Origin: Asterias rubens
Lineage: Eukaryota
Length of the DNA stretch: 64,000 nt
Assembly (NCBI RefSeq): GCF_902459465.1
Contig: NC_047070.1
Coordinates: forward strand, 4,030,001-4,094,000
Direction of reading: 5' to 3'
Below, piece by piece: positions 1 to 12,646 of the stretch. Each line of letters starts with the position of its first letter. The first letter of the stretch is position 1. The notes under the pieces were generated by a model, which made no database searches, was not told where the DNA came from, and saw only the letters and a list, made by a program, of their open reading frames with translations. A program made the translations under genes and the position numbers.

Positions 1-1079
1 TGTGCACTGGCTTCGATTTTTGAAACATTTTGGTGTCAAAAAAATAATTTGCAGCCGTATGTGGAAAAAAAATATTTCTGCAAGACCGGTCTGCAAAAAT
101 TTCTTCGTTGACTATTGAGGGCGCTATTACAAGCACACCGTTTAGATTTCTCGATTTATTTTTCTCTGTGTGCGCAAAATATGTAGTCAAGTCACTGCTG
201 GATAAAAAAGGTTGGTCAATAGTTTTGTTTTGTTGTTTTGAGGTTATAAAATTGTAATTTAAATGCAGTGTTTCTTTATTCTTGTTTTTTATATTGCTTT
301 TAACTATGAGTGTGATTTTTATCTCCCGCTAGGTGGAACGACTAGCCTAGCCTGACTTCCTGACTTTCAGGGCAGTCAGGCAGTGTGACTGTGAAGGAAG
401 CAGATGTGAAGTCATTTTTAATTTTAGGCCTTACTCATCATTGTTTCCTCAATTTTGCATGAGTTTTGAGTTTTGTCTCTCACTCTATAGATAGGACTAG
501 AGAGTTTTGTCTAGACAGGACCTAGCCTCGACCCAGTAACTCGGGCGCTGTAGGCCTGTTCCTTATCTAAATTTTGACATTGTCGGTCATGTCATTGTCA
601 ATTAGAAGTAGGGCCTACCTCCTTACGAGCTAAATTCCGGGGGCGAAACAGGGCGAAATGGTCGAATACGTACAATTTTGACAGATAGTCACCAGATTTG
701 CTCCATTTTTACCACTTTTGAAAATCATGACACCAATTGCAATTCCATGACGAACTTGATCCTCAATTTGTAATGAATCCTTTCATAACACTCAAAACAC
801 CAGTGAGGAAACATTTTAAAGAATAAGGACAAAAACTTACCAGAGCCTTGAGCGAAACGGTCACGAAATTGAGATTTTGAACCTGAGTGGGCGGAGCTTT
901 GGAAGTCTTTGCCCTACTCAGTACAGAAATAAAATGATTATTTGAAATAGTAGTTTCACTTGCAAAACAATTAGTTTGGTCTCTTACCATCATTATCTTG
1001 TCTGTTTCTTGTAGATGCCGATTGCCCCATGAGAGAACACACCAAAATCTCACTTTATAGCCTCAATTCTTTAAGTGCA

Positions 1080-4000
1080 ATGGACGACAAGAAGAGAAAG
1101 AGACGTAACATCTGCTCTCGTATGTTGGATCAATGGCGCTATTTCAAATTCTGCCTCCGCAGTTTGACGTATAATTCCTTCAACGATCGCTGGATGGCGT
1201 TTGATACCTGTATGGAACCGCTTTTCTGGCTCGTTGGTGTAGTCTCAAAATATATGGGGCCGGTAAGTTGTTTTTATTGCCCCATTAAATATGATCGTAT
1301 GAGTTGTTTAAAGACACTGGACACTATTGGATTTGGTAATTGTCAAAGACTAGTCTTCACAGTTGGTGTATCTCCACATGCATAAAATAACAAACCTGTG
1401 AAAACTTGAGCTCAATCGGTCGTCGTATTAATGAAAGAAAAAAACACCCTTGTTGCACCGTGGTCACACAAAGTTGAATGCTTTCAGATGCTTGATTCCG
1501 AGACCTAAAATTCTAAATCTGTGGTCTCAAAATCAAATTCGTGGAAAATTACTTCTAGGCCAGCTATGCGTGAGATTTTCCAAAGCTCACCACCACCCCC
1601 CCCCCCTCGGAATTTTTTTTCCCAGTTTTAGAAGGCCTTTCAAAATCGCCGCCCAACTTTTTTTATTTTTTGTATAAAATAAACAAAAATGCAGAAATTT
1701 AATTGTGAACAAAAAAGTGTTCCAAAATGCATCAAAAACCTCTTCAGAATAATTAAAACTCACATGAGGTACACAGGAGATGTTGATGGTTAATGTGGAG
1801 GTCTGATTGTGTCGGATTATTCCCCCCCCCCAAAAAAAATGAAAAAAAATTACAAAAAATTATGTCCAAAATCCTCCGCTCACTTCTTCTGGCTGTTGTG
1901 TCTTCGCTAGTGGAGCGCATTTAACGAATTTGCTAAACGAATCAGGAATAATAATTTTGCGCTTCTTGTGCAAACATTGTAGATTGCGTTTTTTGTACAC
2001 ACGAGCGCGATTTGGCAATTCATTGTCGTTAATTTTTATTTTTTTTCCCGGTCTGGCCCCAATGCGTGAGAAAATGGTTGCTGTGCGTGTGAGTGTGAGA
2101 CAGAGCCCAAATGCGTGAGTCTCATGCCTAATGCGTGAGACTTGGTAGGTCTGTACGTCACTTCAGAGGGAGCTGTTTCTCACAATGTTTTATACTATCA
2201 ACCTCTCCCCATAACTCGTAATAAAGAAAGGTTTTTATGCTAAAGAATTATTTTGAGTAATTACCAATAGTGTCCACTGCCTTTAAAGGTCATACTCTCT
2301 TTCTTGGTTGAAGTAGGGGGATTGCAATTATTGCAACTATAATTGGCTTCCCATCCAATGAAGTTTTTCAACTAGAGTTGACAAAAACTTGGGCTGTGAC
2401 ATTGTAAAAGTAAGATCTATTGACATGATTTTATTTAAGTACTTTCATCTACATGTATTTACCCTGAGATAGATTATGTTCTTTTGAGAACTTGCTTTAT
2501 ATTCTACTATCAGAGAGTAGATTTTTTCGATTTGACTTTTTAGTTCTGAAAAGAACTGTCCTGCTTTTAAACTACCTAGGCAGAAGGTAGAAAATCAGGG
2601 CCCAGTTTCATAGAGCTGGTACGCAATAAATTGGCTTAGCATGAAATTTCTTCCTTGATAGAAACAGGATTATCAACCAATTTTCTGTTCGTTGCAGATT
2701 GTGTATTGCCCGTTTATATTTTAGTTCAGCTGTTGTTTGCTTATCCTGAAAATCACGTGGAAATTTGGTTGGTACTCCTGTTTTTATCAAGGAAGAAATG
2801 TTATGCTAAGCAAATTTTTGTGCTTAGCAGCTCTTTGAAATTGGGCCCACCTTATAGTGGATCGAGGGGACTTCTCCTTTTAAACTTCACTATCGCTGAG
2901 TGAGTTCCTGATAAGCCGTTTGTGGGTTAGATTTGAATACAGCCCGGTGCAATGCTGCGTTTGATCACAAGTTACTCCTAAATTTTAATTCCTCAGACTA
3001 TCGAGACAGTTGCTAGGTCACATGGTTAGGGACAAGCTTTTTGACTAGTTACACAAGAGACGGTGAACATTCTTACACAGTTCTGAATGGATGGTGTAGG
3101 CCCTATGTCACAATGGTGCCAGGGTTAATTACTCATTGGAGGTTGTATGCAAAGGCTTGCCCCAAACCATTTGACCTGACCTAGCAACTGTCTCTATAAT
3201 CTGAGGAATTCAAATGTAAGCTGTACATTTTGACTAAGCAAGTCATTGTACCAGACATTTTTCAAATCTTACTCACAAAAGGCTTCAGGCCTATTGGTCT
3301 CAACCTAACGACTAGCTTGCTCTAGTCATCGTCATGAGACTAATTTTATTATATTTCCTTGATCACTTTAGTTGATGGTGGTCCTTGTCATCTTGCTCAC
3401 CTCTGTCGTCATCAGTGTCTTCTACCTATGCATCTTACCTCGCTGCCTTGAGAATGAAGACCACGTACAGACGATATTTCACCTGACCTTTGGCCATTGG
3501 TTGCTTGTGAATATTGCCTTCCATTACTACAAGGGGGTCACTACACCCCCTGGATACCCACCTCAGGTAACCCCTCCCAAACTTTAACCCCCTTCTTCTG
3601 TACCCCTGTCTCTGATTAGCTGTTAAACATGCATGGAGTTACATGGTCTAGGCCTCTTTAAACCTCCAATGCTTATTCCTCTTGCCCATGGTCTTGGCCC
3701 CTTTGGCCCCTGCTTTGCTCAAATTGCCATGTTGCCTACCTGGCCCCAGGTCTTTGGCTTTCCGGCCACTTGTTTTGGTCTCTCTTACTAATGGTCTTGG
3801 GCTTCCCTGGTCCTAGTCTTGACCTCCCTAGCACCTGGTTTTGGACTCTGTGGAACCTGGTTTTTGCCTCCTTTGCCCCTTGTCTTGCCCTCTCTGACCC
3901 TTGATCTTGGCCTCCATGGCCCATGGTTTTGGTCTTGGCGTCCCTGGCTCCCGGTCTTGTCTGGCCTGGTCTTGGTGTCTCCGGCCTCTTGCCTCCCTTT

Positions 4001-7000
4001 TCCTGTCCTCTGGTCTTGTCCACACTGGTCCCTGGTCCTGTCCTCACTGGTCCCTGGTCTTGGCCTCCCTAGCCCCTTGTCTTGGTGTCTCCGGCCTCTT
4101 GCCTCCCCTTTCCTGTCCTCTGGTCTTGTCCTCACTGGTCCCTGGTCCTGTCCTCACTGGTCCCTGGTCCTGTCCTCACTGGTCCCTGGTCCTGTCCTCA
4201 CTGGTCCCTGGTCCTGTCCTCACTGGTCCCTGGTCTTGGCCTCCCTAGCCCCTGGTCTTGGTGTCTCCGGCCTCTTGCCTCCCCTTTCCTGTCCTCTGGT
4301 CTTGTCCTCACTGGTCCCTGGTCCTGTCCTCACTGGTCCCTGGTCCTGTCCTCACTGGTCCCTGGTCCTGTCCTCACTGGTCCCTGGTCCTGTCCTCACT
4401 GGTCCCTGGTCTTGGCCTCCCTAGCCCCTGGTCTTGGCCTCCCTGGCTCTGGGCCCAATTTCATAAAGCCGGTAAGCACAAAATAAATTGCTGATCAGAG
4501 ACAAATATTACTTGGCCTTGAAGCCAAAAGTCCATACATAAACATTGTTGTGACTGGTGCCCCACCGATTTTTATGGCTAGCATAGAAATTTGCTGAGCA
4601 GTATTTTTATATGGGCCCTGAACTCACTCGTGCGTTGTCTTGGCCTCTCTGACCCTTGGTACTAGCTGTCCTGGCCCCTGGTCTTGACCTCTCTGACCCC
4701 TGGTTTTGTCCTCCCTGGCCATTGGCTTAAGTGCCACAGTTGAGGTATTGCAAGGTATCAATACCAGAAAAATAGCCAAATGGGAAATACCCCGCTCATC
4801 TAAACATATCTTGACATCACATTCTTGATTTCCAGATTGTTTCGGAAACTGGTGTTGCCTCTATATGCAAGAAGTGCATTGCTCCCAAGCCACCCCGAAC
4901 CCACCACTGTAGCATCTGTAATAAATGCATTCTGAAGATGGATCATCACTGTCGTATCCTTTGAAAATATCACTGTCGTATAGTTTGAAATATCTCTGAA
5001 AATGCACACAACTGCAAAGTAAACCTCAGGAATTTGGGGTCAGCCCTTTCTCTTTTGCCATGTGGATTGTAGGACTTTCGTACACAGGGTTTGAATTGCC
5101 AAAAAATCTTCACTGTACCACAGGTCTTCGTTGGCCTCTCTTAAACTGTAGAGGGCACATTGTGAATTCTGTACGGAAAAGTTTCATTAAAGAAAGAGGC
5201 ACATCCTTTTCGTCTGGCAACTCACACCTGTTATCTCCATGTAATTCCTTTTCCAAACAGTAGACTTAATTGGATAAAGCACAAACCAGTTGGGCCGCTG
5301 CCCCAGGCAGATTAAACTGCTCATCCGGCCATAAAGGTTAATAACCCAATTAAATTAATGTCAACTTAAACCTCAGTGAAAAAGATCTGTACTTTCTGAT
5401 TCTGTTGTGGCCACACTCGGAAATTCTTTAATGGAGTTTTAATTCCCATAATGAGCAAAATCAATTGTAATCAAAAAGCAAATTCCTTAAAGTTAATCTA
5501 CACAGCATGGGTCAACAATTGCATAGGACACTATAACCACCGCTATTTCATGTTGTTCTGCATCTACATGTGGATTGGAACACTCTATGTTTGCATATCG
5601 GCATGGCCGCTGTTCCGCCAGGAGTTCTTCGACCCAAAGGTGAGATTTCGGCCGTGTCCGGATTTACGGCTACAGCTATTGCTACGACTGTTACTAAGGG
5701 TGTTGCTGAGAACGTCCTATACTTCATTGCATAGTGCTGATACCAGCCTTAGCCGAAGCTGTAGCCACCAATTCAAACACAGCCTATTACATAATAATAA
5801 TAATAATAATAATAATATCAAAGTCTTATATAGCGCATGTATCTACCAAACAAGGTACTCAAGGCCCTGAGTATAATACAAACTTTCAGAAAGATAGGTA
5901 ATTGCAGTGATGAATTTTGAGACCCGATTATTTAGCACCTTATAATGGTTTACAATGCGCATACAGCAGCCACAGCCAGGAACGACGGGGCGAACCCCTT
6001 CTCTTTTCGAAAAGTGCACTGGGTTCTTTAACATGCGGTACACAACACATGGGACCAACGGCTTTACATCCCATCCGAAGGACGAAGCAATGGTTAAGTG
6101 TCTTGCTTAAGGACACAAGTGTCATGGCTGGGGATTCGAACCCACACTCTGCTGATCAGAAACACCAGAGTTTGAATTCGGTGCTCTTAACCGCTCGGCC
6201 ACGACACTTCCAGTGGAAAAGTTTTTGTTCTTTTCTGTTTCCATTTGTCTTGTCTCAACATTTGTAGTTTACTTTTCTAGGCTGTCTTCTACAAGCCTTG
6301 ACTTAATCTGACAGCCCCATGCTCTCTTTATTTTGGTCACCATAGGTTAACTCTTTTCTTTGCACTATGTGGCGTGTCATGGCCGAGCGGTTAAGAGCAC
6401 CGGATTCAAGCTCTGGTGTTTGATCAGCAGAGTGTGGGTTCGAATCCCGGTCGTGACACTTGCTACATAAAATTGGGGAGGTAGTGCTTTCTGCTCTACC
6501 GGCTAGGCTTCGAATTGATGATACCCAAGCCTACATCCGTATGGACTGTAAAAGGGGTAACCCTGTTTCAGCCCAAGGAGTAGGTGGCAACAGCCTCTGG
6601 ACAAAAAATAATTGTAGCCCATACCTTGAAGTGGCCTTCAGGCCTTGTGTGTTTGGCGACTTGCATAAAAAATTAAAAAAAATTATCCATTCTTATTATT
6701 TTGCTTATTTATGTAAAATTTTGTACGTATGTGTTATTTTGAGAAAAGTAGTATGAAATAAATGTTGGCTTTGACCAGAAAATTGAATTTAATAAACAAT
6801 ATAGTTGAGGGGGCCCACACCAGACAAACTGTTTCTTCAAGGACCCTTTTTTACTTCCATGCTTTGTCGTGATTTATTTTCCCCAGCATGTTGTATTTTT
6901 ATTTGCCTCTTTCCTGTAAATATTGTTCATTTTGCAGTGTTTGGATTTGGAAATAATGTTCAGTTAACCCTTTTATCAATCCTTTCTTGAAAAGTTTGCA

Positions 7001-10000
7001 TTTATTTGCTCGGGTTGTTTTAGTAAAAGAGACTGGTTTATTTATCATTATCCGGTCGAAACATTAAACACGACTATAAAGCTGTAATACATGTAGATCT
7101 GTCTACAATTATATCTAATTATTTATTTTCCACAATTTATTTGAATTTTTTATACAATAGGTATGAGTTCCAAGGGTTAATAACAAATGCGCCTATAAAT
7201 ATAATTTGCGCCTTGAACATCTGTAAAGATTGATTTGGGGCATTACAAATACCTACTATTGTTATTATTATTACTATATAGGCCTAATAATATTTGGTTT
7301 TAGACAAGTCAAAACTTGTTGTTCAACATTTATTTTTTTCCTTCTAAAATTCAACTTAGCCTTTTTGGGGGTATGTTGGACACGGCAGTAGTGCAAGGTT
7401 TGGTTTGGGGCATGCAGACAGGTTTACCCAGAACTCAATAGTAATGTGTCAATCATATCTCAAAATAGTAAAAAAGAATTTCAGGCAGATATATTTCCAG
7501 GGATGTTTTCCACCATGACTATTTTTATACCATGTTAATTTATTTGTAAAGAAGTGAACAGGCCTGATACTTCACGGAGGCAACGAAGGCGATTGCCTCC
7601 GTTGCCCCTTGCCATTGCCTTGGTGCCCTTGAAATGCTCCAGTAGAAATTTACAATTTCCTCGTAGGGTGCCCTTTGCCAAAGAGAAAATGCCTTGGTGC
7701 CCTTGGCCTTTCAAAAACGAAGCATACAGCCCTGAGTGAATACTCATAATTAGTTGTAATTTAATAGATGGAAATTTTAATTATTAGTTTGTTGTTTTAC
7801 CCATATACATGTACACCGATGTGTGTTAGCACTGTATACTTGGTATTTTCCTACAAAGACCTAAGCTCTGTTTAAAAAAAAACACTGTAGGCATATTACT
7901 CGGGTGGCATTTACCATTTTTTTCACACCCTTTAACAAATGATTTTGTTTCTTGTTACAGAAGACATTTGATAGTTTAATGGCTGGTTCTCTGTTCCTGA
8001 CATTTCTGCACTCGTATCAAGCATCAGTGAGTATTCAAATTAAAATCCCTAATAGAAATTTAAAAACACTGGACACTATTGGTAATTGTCAAAGACCAGT
8101 CTTCTCACTTGGTATATCTCAACATATGCATAAAACAACAAACCTGTAAAAATTTGAACTCAATTGGTCATCGAATTTGCGAGAGAATAATGGAAGAAAA
8201 AACACCCTTGTCACTCGAAGTTGTGTGCTTTCAGATGTTTGCTTTCGAGACCTCAAATTCAAAATTTGAGGTCTCGAAACCAAATTTGTGGAAAATTACT
8301 TCTTTCTCGAAAACTACATCACTTCAGAGGGAGCCATTTCTCACCATGTTTTATACTATCAACAGCTCCTCATTACTCGTTACCAAGTAAGGTTTTATGC
8401 TAATATTTATTTTGAGTAATTACCAATAGTGTCCACTGCTTTTAATCTGAGAAACATTATACTGACAGTAATGCTTTTCAGATAAAAATTGTCGGTCATA
8501 AAAACATATTGTTTTACATATTTTGAGATTATGGGTTTCTCAAAATGCATTTATACTATCCAAAGTTGCTGTAGGCTTCTTACCAAAAGTTTTAATTGCC
8601 ATTAATTTTAAAGGCAGTGGACACTATTGGTAGTTACTCAAAATAATTATTAGCATAAAACCTTTCTTGGTGACGAGTAATGGGAAAGGTTGATGGTATA
8701 AAACATTGTGAGAAACGGCTCCCTCTGAAGTGCCATAGTTTTCGAGAAAGAAGTAATTTTCCATGAATTTGATTTCGAGACCTCAGATTTAGAACCTGAG
8801 GTCTCAAAATCAACCATCTAAACGCACACAACTTCGTGTGACAAGGGTGTTTTTTCTTTCATTATTATCTCGCAAGTTCGATGACCGATTGAGCTCAAAT
8901 TTTCACAGGTTTGTTATTTTATGCATTTGTTAAGATACACCAAGTGAGAAGGCTAGTCTTTGATTATTACCAATAGTGTCCACTGCCTTTAAGAGTGATT
9001 ACAGAACATATACATTCCCTTTAATAGAAATTAACAATATTCTCATAGATGTTACGATAATGATAATTGTTGAGTATCTTTATCTTTTTATTTTTCATTA
9101 AAAAAAAAATCGATTTCATTTTTTGAATTTTCTTCCAGCTAAAAAATAGTACAAGTTTACAGTCGGGGTACGTTTCATCCCTGACAACCGCAGAGTCGAC
9201 GTACCATAAAGCCATCGTGTTTCAGTTCATCATCTGTTTCAGCGTTCTAATAGCTCTAGGTCTGCTGACTTTCTGGCACGCTCGTCTTGTATCACGAGGA
9301 GAGACCAGCATAGAGAAGTACACCAATGACTCTGAGAGGGCTCGCTTGAAGAAGGTCAATGTGGTGAGTTGCAATCAGATGTACTTATTCTCTTTAACTT
9401 AAAGACACTGGACACTATTGTATTAGTACTTGTCAAAGACCAGTCTTCTCACTTGGTGTATCTCAACATATCATGACCAGTCTTCTCACTTGGTGTATCT
9501 CAACATATCATGACCAGTCTTCTCACTTGGTGTATCTCAACATATCATGACCAGTCTTCTCACTTGGTGTATCTCAACATATGCACAAAATAACAAACCT
9601 GTGAAAGTTTGAGCTCAATTGGTCGTCAAAGTTGCGAGATAATGTTGAAAGAAAAAACACACTTGTCACACAAAGTTGTGTGATGTTTGATTTTGAGACC
9701 TCAAAATAAATCTAATTATGAAGTCTCAAAATCAAATTCGTGGAAAATTCCTTCTTTCTCGAAAACTACGTTACTTCAGAGGGAGCCGTTTCTCACAATG
9801 TTTTATACTACCGACAGCTCGCCATTACTTGTTACCAAGTAAGGTTTTATTCTAATAATTATGATGAGTAATTACCAATAGTATCCACTGCCTTATAATA
9901 GTGCAGGTATTCAAATTCACAAATTAAAACCAGAAATCTAAATGTTGTTAAACCCCTACCGGCACCCAAATTGGGGAAAGAATTTTTGTTTACCGGTACA

Positions 10001-11445
10001 TATTTTATAACTAAGATCAAAATTATAAGAAAATCCAGATAAAACCATATGGAACACCCCAGGGGTCGATTTCACAAAGAAGTTAGGACTACTCCTAACT
10101 TATGATTATTCCTAGGAGGTACACAAAACGTCTTAACTCTTTGTGAAATCCACCCCAGATAGCAGAGTATGGCAATCAAAACCAAAGATAAATGTATGTG
10201 AACAGGTTTCGCACTTTTTATGTTTTGTGCTTGCAAGCTTTCACGTTTTGTGCTCATAGTTCACTTTTTTTTTCTCACATCCCTGATGACAGCATGTCAT
10301 GGTCGAGAGGTCTAGCATGGGACTCGGGTTCTGGTGGCTGAGTCATCGGAGTACGGGTTCGAGTCACGGTTGTCACACTTGAGCGAGACACTTTACTAAA
10401 AATTAATTGCGCCTCATTATCCAGGAAACGGGTAGTGTAGGGATTGTTGGTGTGAACAATTGACAACCTATGCGCCCATTTGGTTGGCGGTGCTGCATAT
10501 TCCTAAGGAGTTGAGATGATTTCTGGAATGTTTAGAGCCTGAGGAACAGGCGGCCTTCCTTATACACATTATTGTTTATACTACCAGGGCCCAATTTCAT
10601 AGAGCTGCTTAAGCAGAAAATACTGCTTAAAATATCCCTGCTTAGCAAAATGAGCAGGACACCAGTCACAAGTTGTTCATGTGACATGATATTTTGGCTG
10701 GTGACCTTATTTTGGTTAGCATAATTTTGTTTTGCTAAGATTATCTTTGTGCTTAAGCAGCTCTACGAAAGTGAAAATGCCTGGATAGCCCCCTGTGCAA
10801 GCCTTTTATCAACATTTCTATTTGACCATAATATATTTATTTTATAGGTGTACAAAAGTCCCTACAATTTTGGGGTGTTGGAGAACTGGCGTAAACTGTT
10901 TGGGCTGTACGGGGGAAGGTAATATGTTTAAACATGACAGATTTTATTTCCAACTAGGAAGAACTTAAGTCATATTTGTTTTTCTAGATTTGTAATTCTT
11001 GTAGGGAGAAAGGGACAGGGTCATATGTCTTGAGTAGATGGAGCTTGAAGCCTGCAGAAAACATAAGAAAATGTCAAAGAAAAGTAATAATAATACAATA
11101 TGTTTAATTTATTTAGCGCATTGTATTAAGTGTCTGCACATTATGTGACCCAACATAGATGAAATGACAAGTCATTGAAAGCTCAATCAGTAATTTTAGT
11201 CGTAAAAGAAAATAGTGAAAAACCTTCTCATATTTTCACTGTTTTCAAATATCAAGTTTTGGAATTACATGGCCAACAACTGCCTCTGCCCTCAAAAACA
11301 ATTGTAAGGCCCGAATTTTGTTTTGTTTTTTGGCAGGACATTCTGGAGGCACGTTCTCCTACCATCCTCCCATGGTCCAGAGCATGATGGGACACAGTGG
11401 AATGCGCAGATAACACCAGGTTTTCTACCGAAGTCGTTGCCATGA
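1080..11445 (+). CDS. ZDHHC16: DHHC palmitoyltransferase ZDHHC16 orthologue, 8 coding exons, about 366 aa
   Basis: Exons 1080-1262, 3372-3566, 4836-4953, 5506-5639, 7961-8026, 9139-9363, 10848-10918, 11337-11445 join in frame with GT-AG ends (1101 nt). The protein has [93 protein letters not shown] and VLLPSSH, matching ZDHHC16 as recalled. The 66-nt exon 7961-8026 is the least certain. An in-frame upstream ATG exists at 1029 but 1080 has the better Kozak context. Confidence 0.93.
3690..4450. repeat. Pyrimidine-rich minisatellite, 22-bp core CTGGTCCCTGGTCCTGTCCTCA with higher-order blocks
   Basis: Core copies are visible, and a longer block starting GGTCTTGGTGTCTCCGGCCTCTTGCCTCCC recurs near 3968, 4080 and 4254. 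It lies in ZDHHC16 intron 2. Confidence 0.9.
4954..5505 (+). other. U12-type (minor spliceosome) GT-AG intron in the DHHC motif of ZDHHC16
   Basis: Donor GTATCCTTT at 4954, branch-point-like TTCCTTAAA at 5483-5491 and CAG at 5503-5505. It splits the Pro codon of DHHCP (C|CA). Confidence 0.9.
5791..6211 (-). mobile_element. Full-length tRNA-derived SINE with L2/CR1-like tail and (AAT)n end
   Basis: Head GGAAGTGTCGTGGCCGAGCGG (A box) ... GGTTCGAATCC (B box), tail GAGTACCTTGTTTGGTAGATACATGCGCTATATAAGAC and ATT repeats. Other copies at 6369-6462 (+, head), 55011-55417 (+), 54655-54860, 61020-61165 (-) and 10290-10390. Confidence 0.8.
7558..7738. mobile_element. CAGGCCTG-ended dispersed repeat (copies near 19485-19660, 29430-29540, 32505-32645, 33378-33570)
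   Basis: Recurrent GGAGGCAACGAAGGCGATTGCCTC...GCCTTGGTGCCCTTGAAATG...GGGTGCCCTTT body in both orientations. Confidence 0.7.
9438..9585. repeat. 4 x 37-bp tandem expansion inside a MITE
   Basis: GACCAGTCTTCTCACTTGGTGTATCTCAACATATCAT at 9438, 9475, 9512 and 9549. Confidence 0.9.
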
Positions 11446-12646
11446 CAACCAACAACATTGCCATGACAACTGACAACAGGCCTTTGAAGCAGCTTTGAAC
11501 CTTAAAATATTGTTAAACATAAGACAAACCTATATAGTACTTGAGGTATTGCATGGTGAGGTATCAATGTGTATTTGGTTTGCAGTAACACCATGTGTGT
11601 AGTTTGTTCTGCAACTGTCTTTCTTTATTCTACTACCGCGGAGTAGATTATCGGATGTTCGGGAGACTTCTCAGTTCTGAAAAGAACTGTCCTGCTTGTA
11701 AACTACTACCCGGTGGGAAGGTATAGGAAATTGGCTAGGACTACTACTTTAGCTTATAGGATCGAATCTGCGGAGTCAGTTCTTGAATTGGTCTCAACGT
11801 TTCAACTAGCTTGCTCTAGTCATGGCGAAGACAATAGATGTTAAATTTAGGTTCATTTATTATTCTTTGGTCTCGATCGAAGGATAACTGGTGGCTTGAG
11901 GTTTTTTTCTCCCCGCATATTTATACCAAGAGTAGAGGTGTGTTTTGCGATCGAATACATTTGAGGGACTGTTTAAAAAATGCCCACCACACTTTGACTT
12001 CGACTAGGAGCGTGTTTTGGCGGCCATGACGAAAAAAAAATTTCTGACGTAAAGTTCACTAACTGAATTTTTTTTCGAGAGCTACGCGAAAACGGGTCAG
12101 TAACCACAAACAGTTCTTTAAATAAACAAACGGCATTCATTTTATTTTGTAAGTAACGGGACTTAGTCTTTGTAGTTTTATCATTATTATTTAATTGCTA
12201 CGCTTTATGGTCTAGTAAAAATTCTGAGCTTGAGTCATGCGGTCTTGTGGATGTTCCCGCTCAAATTCAACCCAAGATTTGGGGGTCAAGATGCCTGCTA
12301 ATATAAAGTTTCTCTTGTGTGACATGGCAACACTATTGGTAATTACTCAAAATAATTATTTAAGCATAAAACCTTACTTGGTAACAAGTATTGGGGAGAG
12401 GTTGATAGTATAAAACATTGTGAGAAACGGGCGGCTCTCTCTGTAGTAAAGTAGTTTTCGAGAAAGAAGTAATTTTTCACGAATATGATTTTGAGACCTC
12501 AGATTTAGAATTTGAGGTCTCAAAATCATTCATCTGAAAGCAAACAACTTTGTGTGACAAGGGTGTTTTATGCTTTCATTATTATCTTGCAACTTCGACG
12601 ACCAATTGGGCTAAAATATGTTGAGATGCACCAAGTGAGAAGACTG

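Noticed and set aside
3736-4494. Cluster of long overlapping ORFs (up to 201 aa) on both strands
   Set aside because: They are translations of the 22-bp intronic minisatellite inside ZDHHC16 intron 2, open only because the unit lacks stops.
6369-6462. tRNA gene candidates (also 55011-55100, 61080-61165, 51250-51320)
   Set aside because: A and B boxes are present but they run into shared SINE bodies and lack a clean cloverleaf; these are SINE heads.
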